Translations under genes and position numbers: made by a program | In this document: positions 53,294 through 64,000 of the stretch, piece after piece | How positions within the stretch are numbered: position 1 is the first letter of the stretch | How the letters are laid out: every line of letters starts with the position of its first letter | The notes under the pieces: model-generated | What the model was told of the DNA's origin: nothing | Seen by the model: the letters and a program-made list of their open reading frames with translations, nothing else | Database searches by the model: none | NCBI GenBank assembly: GCA_021613535.1 | Contig: CP075495.1 | Span: forward strand, 14,756,001-14,820,000 | Direction of reading: 5' to 3' | From: Adineta vaga | Taxonomy: Eukaryota > Animalia > Rotifera | Length of the DNA stretch: 64,000 bases

Positions 53294-54758
53294 ATGATTG
53301 TTACCATCGTTATTGGAACTATTGTAGCTGTATGTGCAGTATCGTCTTTAATTTTCTATGTATTTACTCATTCACGACATGTCAACAGCGAAAAACAACA
53401 AATTATACATTCATTTAAACCATCGATGGGTATAGTAACAAAAACATTTCTTCAAGATTCACCATTTCATTTCAATGATTCAAATAAGAAATCTAATCGT
53501 TCATCTTGTCCAACAAATTCATCAGAAATCAATGAATTATCACATAAAAAACAACATCGATCAGCTGGATCTATTAATACATCAATGACACAACCACGTT
53601 CATCAACTATGCTAACAGGTTTATTTCCATTACATCGTCCACGTAGTGCCAATTGGCGACAAGGTTCAATCGTCGATCCAAAACAAATGGCATTAATTGA
53701 ATTTTCTCTTCCATCAACAAACACGAGTGATAAATATCGACGTCGATCTATTGCTATATGTAATAGTATTTCTGAACCAAAAGAAAATCCACTTATAACA
53801 CGAGATTCAACCTTACCTTGTCTTCTATCATTTTCATTAACTTATCTCAAAAGTTGTCAATTAAAAGTTCAATTTCATTCCATTCAATCTTTACCATCTA
53901 ATATTCATCTACAACAATTAACGATTAAAATCAAATTAACACCTGATGGAAAAGAAAAATCGATTCAAATCAAAGCTTCAATAGAACATGACACGATTTT
54001 TCAAGGAGATTATTCTGTTCTTTTTTCAAATATTCCATTGGAAAAACTTTCCGAACGAAGTCTGTCAATGTCAATCCATGGAAAAGATCAAAATAAGAAA
54101 ACAGTACAGCTAGGTCATGTTGGTAAATTACATTTAAATCAAGTTAATAAATTACAAATTGATAATCAAATCAATTTCATGCATGAAATTGAAAAGACTA
54201 AACCAGTATGTCAAGATTTTCTTCTCTCTCTCTCTCTCTCTCTTTCTATATGAATCATATCATTTTAGTCATCTATTGAACTTCTTCTTTCTCTTGCAAA
54301 AACTGATGAACAACATATGCGCATTGAACTTCAACGTATTAAAGGATTGAAAATAGATCAAAAGAAACTTGGTAAGACTTTTTTTTTCTTCTTTTTTCTC
54401 AACAAATACTTTGTTTTGTTTAGATTCACAATGTTATTTACAAATTCTTCTTTTGGATCGTCATCGACCATTATCTATCAAACAAAGCAAATCTTATCGA
54501 TTAAATTCATCAAATTTTACACTCGGTGAACAATTAGATTTCAATATTTTAACGTACAATTCAAATAATCTCGATCGTTTAATGTTAATGTTGAATTTAT
54601 ATTCAAATTGTAATACAACAAATGAATATAAATGTATTGCTCGTGTTAAACTTGCATCAAGTTTATTCTGTTCAGGAAATGGAATTATTCATTGGCAACA
54701 ATTTCAAGCACGAGGTTCATTTTCAATGTGGCATACATTAGACAAAGAACGACATTAG
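53294..54758 (+). CDS. Second synaptotagmin-like protein (TM plus two divergent C2 domains; three exons)
   Basis: N-terminal TM, C2-like strands, C-terminal HWQQF...FSMWHTL. Confidence 0.75.
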
Positions 54759-56977
54759 AAATTCAGAAGGTCAAACAAGATTACGAACGATTGGTAATTT
54801 ATTCATAGAATGTATATGCGGGAATCCATCTTTTTTTTCATTTGTTGTTTTTTTTCTGTTGATTAAATGTAGTTTTATGAGAAAATCATGAGAAGAAATA
54901 AAGACCAGACATCATTCATATATATATATATATTGTTCAAATAGAATCAACAAGATTTAATCCACTAGAAACCTTCGTCATTCCAATGAAGATAACCTAG
55001 ATGGATTTTTCTACTGGAATTAATATTAAATATCTCAATGACGTCAAAACTATTCTTTTCTTTTCTGTTTTTTTTTCTACAACGCAATAGAAGAAGTAAT
55101 TGTAAAGACTTTGAGAAACCAAAAAGATAAGAATGATTTACATGCGTCGTTTGCTTTTCTTTTTTTCTCAGATTTATTTCATTCAAAGATCTTCAGCTAG
55201 AAAAGGATTCATCTTTCAAGATTATGTTTTTTTATCCTCGACGTCATTTTATCTAATTAGATGAATTTATTTTCAACTAATGAAGTTCGTTGACGTCAAC
55301 AAATTCCGGTCATAACTTCATATGTCTCATTCGATTTCTTTCAACGTTTTGTTTTTCATTAGAAAAACAAAGAAGTACATCGTTGCGTTCTATTTCGAGA
55401 CAAGAAATATGAAAAAAACAAAAGAATTTCTTTGTACTAAAAGATCTAAAAACGAAAGAAACTATTCTAGGCGTTTGAAATAATTACATTTGAAGGACGG
55501 AAATATGTTTTTTCTAATTACATTGACAGTATATTATAATATACAAGATAAGAAACATTTGAATATTCTATTACTTTAATAAATGAAAAAGAGAAAGAGA
55601 ACGAAAGGAGAACTTCAATAGGTTTGTCCTTCTTTTTTTCCATTAGACAAAAACCTGTTTGTATTTTTACCAAACGATCACTTCATTACTTAGGTGAACG
55701 TGATTTTGTGTAAATATGAATTTGTATTGAAATTTAATTCAGATATGTCCGATATTAGATATTCTATACTGATATCAAATTAATGTATAAAGGACTAGTA
55801 GAATCATGTGGTAGAAGAGAAAGAACTTAAAATAGAGAACTTATTATTTTCAAGTAGGAAATGCGATACTTTCACGTGATTTTAATGAGAAATGTTTAAT
55901 TGTATGTTGATTAGTTGAACTAATTTAAATGTATCTAGTTAAAAATGTTCGCAAAATCGGAGCAGTTCGACATCATATCTATTGTGTTGATATTATCAAT
56001 TCAATGAATATTTCTTTAACTTGAATTACATTTGTAGATGATAAAAAGAATAATAATATGTCATGTCATTAGAATTATTATATTGAACTGAATAATTGAT
56101 AAGTCCTATTCTAAAAATATGCGAAAATAACACATTCACATTACTTGATGTTGTTACTGATGAACATGGTACATCCAAAAGAATTAAACATGCAGTAATT
56201 TGGTGTCAACAAGTTTTTTGACTAAAGGTTGAATGTGTAGGGAAATGACATTCGTATAATATCAATGATTGGAAACAAAACATCAATGTTTCATATAATT
56301 CAATATCTTGTGTCACATTCTAAAAGCAATGAAATATTCCAACAGAAGTACTTTGTTACGGAAATAATTAAGCGTCTCTTTTTTATCGAAACATATCGGA
56401 TATTTTTAATATTTCGGCATAGGATGTTTTTGTTATTGGTAATTCTCATGTTCAAACAGAACCGAACGACAAAATTCTTTTTCTTTCGTCATATGGTATT
56501 TCAATTAAGTGTTTCAATCAATAAAGATGAGTTATCGGTTTAGAATGAATACAAATCATGTATAGTTTAAGAAAACAATTTAATATTTTTATAGATATTC
56601 TTGTTGTGTCAATAGTTTTCAAAGTATTGCACATAATAGAATACTGTAGTGAAAAATCTAATTATTTGATGTACGGTAAATGAAATGGACTCACAATGTA
56701 CTTCATTCGAATATATTTCTCGTGATCTACCAACATATTGTCATGTGAAAATCTTGATATTTTATCTCAACATAGTTTTTTGACATATCATAACTCTAAG
56801 GTCAGGTATATCGTACGAAGAAATTAATCAAAAGAAAACGAAAACATTTAGCCATTTTGTATTTCTCTGCAAATCAAATATTCTTCTTCTAAAAAAACAC
56901 ATTCAAACTGTCATCAAATCAGCAAGTAAAGTAATAAGTTTATCTTTAAACTAACATATACTTAATCCCAAATAATC

Positions 56978-57687
56978 ATGACATCAGTATACAACTCGAA
57001 CAAAACAAAAGAATAATGTTCTTGCTTACAATCGTAGCAATACTTTCTCTTATTTTCTATCGTATAGAATGTTTATCGAATCCAATTCCATCAGGTTTTG
57101 TTTATGTTCATGATCTCATACCTGATATTGAACTAAGTTTACGATGCATATCGTCCACAAAAAAGTGTTAATCAATTTATGAATTGGAGTCAAAGTCAAA
57201 ATGATTCCGAAGTAAAGAAAAGCTTTTATTATCCACGTGTCAATAGAGAAGATACATTTCAACTTGGTTATATTGCTCAAAAATCAGGTCATACAAGAGG
57301 AAGTACTATTGATTTAACATTAATTTCACTTGATAAATATTTACAAAATCCATTAAAACCAACGAAAAGAATTTTAAATGACAATTCAACAATCTTTTAT
57401 CTAGATGATAATACAATCGATATGGGATCTTCATTTGATCTTTTTGATCAAGTATCACATACAAATAGTTCACTTGTCGATAAAATATGTCAACAAAATA
57501 GATTAATGTTTAAAAATCTAATGGATCAAGCTGGTTTTATAAATTATGATAAAGAATGGTGGCATTATACACTGAAAAATGAACCTTTTCCTGATACTTA
57601 TTTTGACTTTGATATTCAATGATCCTCGTCGTGTTCTATGGATTATAATCAACTAGTTTTCATTATAATTGTTTTTGCTTTGTGCAT
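56978..57687 (+). pseudogene. Broken tandem copy of the VanX/DdpX dipeptidase gene
   Basis: Core nearly identical to 59784-60683, but 143 bp are deleted at ~57140 (frameshift) and a TGA at 57620-57622 precedes a residual Ser-rich and hydrophobic tail. Confidence 0.9.
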
Positions 57688-58331
57688 TTTTTTCTAAGCA
57701 TTTTATATCTATGCACAATAGAGAGGAAAAGAAAAGAATTATTGACAAAATCTTTGAGATTCTCTCTAGGATATCAATATTTAGCTGAGCACTGCTGGAA
57801 ACAATCTAAGAAAGTAGATATTTTTAAAAAGTGACAGTGAAATAATCTATATAAATAGAGAAGGAAGTCAGTATTCTATTGATGATTGTTTTGAAAGAAG
57901 TATTTATACAAGTAGATATCATTGAGTTCTCAATATTACTTTTTTAAGATATAAAAGATCTTCTCTCGGTCAAATTGTTGATCCAACAGCTATTATAAAC
58001 AACTGTACTTAATGAAGAATTATCTCATTTCAATAGAAAACAAGAATTTAACGTTATTGATGAACTACGTGTTAAGAACTGTTGAAGATGGTTTATTACA
58101 TTATATTGTTAGTTTTCACGTGTAGATAGAAGCGAAGAATACAATTTTTTTTTCTTTCTACCATTTCTCTCGTCCGATATTAAATGGACATATTCTTATC
58201 GACGATCGAATAACTATTGTCTGGGTTGACTGATCATGTTCCTATAAATACGTGAATATCAAACACTGTCTTCATACAAATCATCGATCACTGATCACTT
58301 CATTCCATTGTGTACAAAACAAATCTGTAAA

Positions 58332-58559
58332 ATGAACAAATTTATCATAATTATCGTCTGTATTTTTATTCTTCAAATGGTATTTCAACCAACTCTATCG
58401 ATCGATGAAGATGACAAAATGATTATTGCTAATATTACTCATCCATCTGTACCAATTATGGATCACACAGTAGCAGTTAATATGTCAAAAACGGTTCGTC
58501 GTCGTCGTCGTCGAGAATGCAATACATTCAGTGGATATACATTGTGTTCTGATCCTTGA
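58332..58559 (+). CDS. Small prepropeptide: signal peptide, pro-region, polybasic site and 14-aa Cys-Cys peptide
   Basis: TATA-like CCTATAAATA at ~58241; MNKFIIIIVCIFILQMVFQPTLS...VRRRRRR/ECNTFSGYTLCSDP-stop; AATAAA at ~58669. Confidence 0.75.
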   Translation: MNKFIIIIVCIFILQMVFQPTLSIDEDDKMIIANITHPSVPIMDHTVAVNMSKTVRRRRRRECNTFSGYTLCSDP

Positions 58560-59783
58560 TGCAAGATTGATTAGGAATCGACAAGAAACATGTATAGTCT
58601 AAAAGAACGATTTTGTTCTTCCATAAATGTTTTTGTGTGTCTATGTGTATGAATATTTATTTCTTCTCAATAAAATATGTATATGAATATTATCCTATTC
58701 AAAAAGTAATTCATTGAAAGAGAGATATAAAGTATGGAAATTGATTAATATCCATCGTTATCATAATCCATAAGGCGTGTTGTGAAAATTAGATCGTAAT
58801 CAATATTCGTATTCCATTGACAAGTATTTGTTGAAACCAATCAAGATTAAATATATAAAAAACTACAGTGCAAACAAAACTGCATCAGATTTTCATTAGA
58901 ATTAGAATGTGATGATGTTTTCTTTTCTAAATATTGTATTCGACGCATTTCGCACGAATCACTATATGTACTCGAAAGTAATCAACGTTATCTCATATAC
59001 GTGTTAGATAAAAAGGTGTTTGTTACATCGAATAAACTTCAAGATTTAACATGATCATCATTTCTTATGTAAATGGAAGAAACAAGAGTAAAACTCTCGG
59101 CTAAGCATTTATAAACTGAGAGGATTTGAAGAGAATAATCTATCCATGAAAATAATCCCAATTCAAAACTGCTAAGAAAAAGCGTCTCTGTCAACAACAT
59201 TTACTGAATCTTTTCGATAATGGTTCACATTCGAAAAGCAATGAAATATTTCATTCGAATTAATATTATTAAAATATCGTTACAGAAATAATTAAGCGTC
59301 TCTTTGTTATCGAAACATATTGGATATGTTTATATTTCGACATAGGATGTTTTTTGTTACTGGTAATCCTCATGTTCAAACAGAAGCGAACAGCAAATAA
59401 TCCGTAAAAATATTTCACATGATCCACCAATAAATATACAATCATGTGGAAATCTTAATATTTTAGCTCAATATATATTTTTGACATATCATAATTACTA
59501 CAGGATCTGTTTAAGAAAACGTTTTGTTTCCTTATTTATTCATACATTGAGTTCAGGTATATAGTATCAAGAAACTAATCAAAAGAGAACGAAAAAGAAA
59601 AAGAAAACATTCACCCTCAAGGTATTTCTCTGTACATTAAATATTCTTCTACTAAAAACAACCACAACTTGGAAATTTCCAACTTGCGTTTTGTTTTACA
59701 AAATATATCGAAGTTGTCATCGAAACGACAGGTAAAATAATAGGTTTACCTTTAAACTAACATATACTTAATCCTGAATAATC

Positions 59784-60683
59784 ATGACATCTAAATACGA
59801 TGACATCAATATACAATCCGAACAAAAGAAAAAAATAATGTTCTTATCTTCGATCGCAGCAGTACTGTTTCTTATTTTCTATCGTATAGAATGTTTATCG
59901 AATCCAATTCCATCAGGTTTTGTTTATGTTCATGATCTCATACCTGATATTGAACTAAGTTTACGTTATGCAAGCAATGAAAATTTTCTTGGCCATGTTG
60001 TGAATGGTTATTTAGGAAATGTTTCGATTCTAACGGAAGCAGCAGCTCTTGCTTTGAAACATGCTCAATTATTAGCAAAAGAAAAAGGTTATAAATTAGT
60101 TATTTACGATGCATATCGTCCACAAAAAAGTGTTGATCAATTTATGAATTGGAGTCAAAGTCAAAATGATTCCGAAGTAAAGAAAAGCTTTTATTATCCA
60201 CGTGTCAATAGAGAAGATACATTTCAACTTGGTTATATTGCTCAAAAATCAGGTCATACAAGAGGAAGTACTATTGATTTAACATTAATTTCACTTGATA
60301 AATATTTACAAAATCCATTAAAACCAACGAAAAGAATTTTAAATGACAATTCAACAATCTTTTATTTAGATGATAATACAATCGATATGGGATCTTCATT
60401 TGATCTTTTTGATCAAGTATCACATACAAATAGTTCACTTGTCGATAAAATATGTCAACAAAATAGATTAATGTTTAAGAATCTAATGGAACAAGCTGGT
60501 TTTATAAATTATGATAAAGAATGGTGGCATTATACACTGAAAAATGAACCTTTTCCTGATACTTATTTTGACTTTGATATTCAATCTTCTTCTTCTTCTT
60601 CTGCTTCTTTGTTTGAAATTCGATGTCAATATATTATTTTTTTCTTGTTAATTTTGGGTAATTTCCAACTTATTGATACGTAG
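59784..60683 (+). CDS. ddpX: D-Ala-D-Ala dipeptidase (peptidase M15D, VanX/DdpX-like) with signal peptide and GPI-like tail
   Basis: LRYASNENFLG, IYDAYRPQ, SGHTRGSTIDLTL (SxHxxGxxxD), DMGSSFDLF, EWWHY; intronless. Confidence 0.93.
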   Translation: MTSKYDDINIQSEQKKKIMFLSSIAAVLFLIFYRIECLSNPIPSGFVYVHDLIPDIELSLRYASNENFLGHVVNGYLGNVSILTEAAALALKHAQLLAKEKGYKLVIYDAYRPQKSVDQFMNWSQSQNDSEVKKSFYYPRVNREDTFQLGYIAQKSGHTRGSTIDLTLISLDKYLQNPLKPTKRILNDNSTIFYLDDNTIDMGSSFDLFDQVSHTNSSLVDKICQQNRLMFKNLMEQAGFINYDKEWWHYTLKNEPFPDTYFDFDIQSSSSSSASLFEIRCQYIIFFLLILGNFQLIDT

Positions 60684-60914
60684 AACGAGGAAAGAAAAAC
60701 ACGCACACACATTCTTTCGCTTGTTTGTATGACGATATTATCAAGTTAATATAAAAAAACAAAAATAAAACTTCACATTTACCTTTATCGTTTCGTTGTA
60801 GTCTTCTTCCTATCAATACTTCATTCAATAATTATAACACTATTCTTCACTAAAGAGTAATATGTGTTGAATATTTTTCATGACTTTCATCTTTAGATCA
60901 AGGAAAAGATAAGG

Positions 60915-62419
60915 ATGAGTAAAAAAGGAATCTATGAAAATGTTTCAGCTTTAAGCAATTCCATAGATAGTACAAATACAGGTCGGAATTTCATGTCATT
61001 GAATTACTTGTCTATCGTTTTGTGTATTCATTTCATACAGGACACCGATTAAATAATTATTATTCAATCGATTCAACTTATGATGGATCCATACCAAGTT
61101 CTAATGCCAATGATCAATATAATCCATTAAAAGAACAAGATTTACCTCGTTTTCCTGAAGGTATTTCTAAGTTTTGTTTAATTTTTCTCAACTATTTCTG
61201 TCTTTCATTGAGATCTAAATGATAATCTGTTTGTGAAAACTGTAAGTATATAAATATCTAACAGATAGAAAATTCGTATTGTTTTTGAAGAAAGACGAAG
61301 AACTTGGTCGATGGAACGAGGCATGGAACAAACACGAAGAACAGCAAAGTAAAAAATTGAAACTATTGATATTGATTGAATCACTTTTCATTTAGATACA
61401 AAACCTAAAAATAAGATCGATATGTCATCAATTCATGGAAAATTTTCACCTACAACGGATTTAACAAATGTCGTTGTAAAGGAATTTCTTCCAACATCAG
61501 CTCGTGATCCAACATTTCCTATTCTTCGGGAACTATTTGTTCGTTCTTTTGATGAATTTTATAAAGAAATTGAAACACAATTACGTTTAAAATCACAGAA
61601 AAGTCTTATTCAATGGCTTGATGAAACGTTTGATGAAGAACAAGAAGCGATTTTATCAAAAGAATATCGTTGTTTTATCTTGTATGGAAATAAAGATCAG
61701 GATCAAAAAGATATTATTTTTGGATTTTTAACCTTGAAAGAAGAAGAAGAAGGTTCAGTTTATATAGCTCAAGTTGCTGTCCGTGCTGGTGATAAACGAC
61801 GCGGTTACGGAGGTCAATTATTACAACATTTACGTGATATTTATCCACCCAATACTCATTATTATGGTCTATGTCGACGTGCTAATCGACCAGCTTTACA
61901 ATTTTATCTTAAATTAGGTGCAGATTTTATGAAAAACGATGAAATAGCAACTAAATATGGTTATGATCCTGAATTGTATGCTGGTTTCAAATTTGTTGAT
62001 GCTGTTCCGTAATGAATATTGAAATCTAAAATCAAAAGAAAAGAAATTTCTATTTTCTCTAGTGTTATTGGTTCGAAAAGTGGATTATTATCACGAATTC
62101 GATCACCTGTTAACAATTCTGATAAACAAACTTCAACAAAAATAACTAATGGGTTTGTATTCTAATTCGAATATATTCATTCAAAAGAACTCAAATCTAT
62201 GGAGAATGATACAATAATATAATAGAATGTACTAAAATTAAGTTCTTTACTAAGTTGAGATCTACAATAGAAATAAGAAATTGTAGAATCTTTATTTCTT
62301 GCAATCAATTTCTAAATTTTTATTTTAGAACATCAAATAATGAAATTTCTCCATCTACAAAAATCGGTCAACAGCCAGCAATAAAAAAGACAACTCATTG
62401 TTCATGTATTTTATCATAA
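60915..62419 (+). CDS. GNAT acetyltransferase with spliced N- and C-terminal extensions ending in a CaaX box
   Basis: Exons 60915-60981, 61041-61160, 61213-61241, 61291-61348, 61396-62008, 62063-62152 and 62329-62419 are phase-compatible. Core YIAQVAVRAGDKRRGYG...RRANRPALQFYLKLG; ends KKTTHCSCILS. Confidence 0.8.
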
Positions 62420-62526
62420 AACATCAATTATATTTCTAACATGACTAATTATTTTCTATTCTCATTTCTACCTACGATTTAATCTCTCTATATATAAAAT
62501 GATCAAAATTTTAGATAGAAATAACA

Positions 62527-64000
62527 ATGGGTAATGTAAATTTTTTCAAATCGAAAATCTGTGTAAAAAATGAAATGATTTCCTCGAATTTATCCTCAGA
62601 TGAAACCTTATCTGATGGTATAACACTTGTCTGGCTTGATTCAAATGCTGAAAAGTATTCTTACGACGAAACAAAAAAGACTTTATCTTGTTTCCGTCGA
62701 TTAAATGTAACATCAGTTCGATCATATTCAAATGTAAATTCATGTCTTACTTTTTTTCAATCAATATCTTATGATGAAAATACTTCTTCAGCAAAAATTT
62801 ATCTCATTGTATCCGGTAAATTTAGTAGTGAAATATTACCTCAATTGAATTCATATCCAATGGTTGATTCTGTTTTTATTTTTTGTTTGAATGAAACAAA
62901 TTATAAATATTTAATTGAAAAATATCAACCAATAGTCAATGGTATTTATATCGACGATGAAACTTTATGTCAATCAATAAATAAACGACTAGATCGACTT
63001 AATCAATCGACATTAGTTTTTCAATTCTTTTCTCAAGAACAAAATACGACAAGAAATTTAACCAAAGATGCGGCGTCTTTTCTTTGGTTTCAATTATTTA
63101 AAATCATATTAATTGATTTAAAATGCACAGAAAATGAAAGAGATTTAATGTTAAAAAAATGTTCAGCTCAAATGCAAAAAGATGTTAAATTAAGAGATAT
63201 GCTAAAAGAACTCGAAGTTTTTCGTCGAACTTATAGAAGTGATCACGCAATTTATTGGTATACAAAAGAAACATTTCTATATATTTTACTTAATACAGCT
63301 TTACGTACTGAAGATATGGATGGTTTATATATATTTCAATATTTTCTTGCTGATTTATGTCGACAATTAAAAATTGAACATAGAAAATTATATGAAAAGT
63401 ATTCTCATTCACCAATATTAACATTGTATCGAGGTGGATTGATACCAAATGAAGAATTTGAGAAATTACAAGAATTAATTGGTGATTTAATAAGTTTGAA
63501 CGGTTTTATTTCAACAAGTAAACAACGTTGGGTAGCAACGAAATTTGCTAAACGAAAAAGATCAAATCAACAAAAGACGACGAATGTTTTATTTATTATT
63601 AAAGTTGATCTTCGATGTCAAAGTATAATTTGTGCTGATGTAACAGAAATGAGTGCACAAAAAGAAGAAGAAGAAGTTTTATTTGATATAGGAACTGTTT
63701 TTTATTTAAATCAAGTAGTTTTTGATGACGATGAAAATATTTGGAATGTTCATTTAACAGCAACAGAAGATGGAAGAACAGCAGTAAAAGATTACATTAA
63801 ATTAATTCAACAAGAAGTAACTGATCATAGTGTTTCAATTGTATTCGGTCAACTTTTACTTCAAATGGGAAATTATCTTAAAGCACAAGAATATTTTCTA
63901 AATTTATTTGAAACTTTCAATCATGATCATCCAGATATCCCAAGTATACAATATCATTTAGGTTTAACCTATGGTTATCAAGAAGATTTTCAAAAAGCAG
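62527..64000 (+). CDS. ADP-ribosyltransferase (R-S-E type)-TPR protein, 3' end beyond the window
   Basis: ATG G|intron 62531-62598|; LVWLD receiver-like N-terminus, SFLWFQLF, AIYWYTKETFLY..LNTALR, LYRGG, GFISTS, EEEEVLFDIG, then TPR-like helices. Confidence 0.9.
   Translation, partial: MGNVNFFKSKICVKNEMISSNLSSDETLSDGITLVWLDSNAEKYSYDETKKTLSCFRRLNVTSVRSYSNVNSCLTFFQSISYDENTSSAKIYLIVSGKFSSEILPQLNSYPMVDSVFIFCLNETNYKYLIEKYQPIVNGIYIDDETLCQSINKRLDRLNQSTLVFQFFSQEQNTTRNLTKDAASFLWFQLFKIILIDLKCTENERDLMLKKCSAQMQKDVKLRDMLKELEVFRRTYRSDHAIYWYTKETFLYILLNTALRTEDMDGLYIFQYFLADLCRQLKIEHRKLYEKYSHSPILTLYRGGLIPNEEFEKLQELIGDLISLNGFISTSKQRWVATKFAKRKRSNQQKTTNVLFIIKVDLRCQSIICADVTEMSAQKEEEEVLFDIGTVFYLNQVVFDDDENIWNVHLTATEDGRTAVKDYIKLIQQEVTDHSVSIVFGQLLLQMGNYLKAQEYFLNLFETFNHDHPDIPSIQYHLGLTYGYQEDFQKA

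Noticed and set aside
59784-62012. Bacterial contamination as the source of VanX and GNAT
   Set aside because: Base composition matches the flanks, GNAT has spliceosomal introns, and both genes carry eukaryotic sorting signals.

Overview
This is an AT-rich eukaryotic window, gene-dense, with many ~50-70 nt GT-AG introns. The gene content (ART-TPR family, foreign-looking enzymes among core metazoan genes) points to a bdelloid rotifer; that assignment is inference. Core genes, assembled by eye across introns: XRCC4, FAM32A, FAM193, a truncated MEGF8/attractin-like gene, ATG12, NUDT7/8, PYCR, PLAC8, GDE1, GBF1 and two synaptotagmin-like genes. Accessory or foreign-looking genes: a secreted CYTH-like protein, a non-metazoan-type alpha/beta hydrolase, a DRP4/Mx-like GTPase, a VanX/DdpX D-Ala-D-Ala dipeptidase with a broken tandem copy, a GNAT and an ADP-ribosyltransferase-TPR gene. 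Main observations: (1) a defence-like block at ~56-64 kb where bacterial-type enzymes carry eukaryotic targeting signals (signal peptide plus GPI-like tail on VanX; spliced CaaX tail on GNAT) around a small disulfide prepropeptide gene; (2) three B-box/coiled-coil genes, two fused to the non-catalytic Ubl insert of USP4/11/15, near the Mx-like GTPase; (3) an intronless TRIM-type RING gene nested antisense in a 3-kb XRCC4 intron, with XRCC4 apparently downstream of FAM32A in an operon-like layout; (4) microhomology-deletion and gene-conversion scars. All homology calls come from recalled motifs; no database searches were run.
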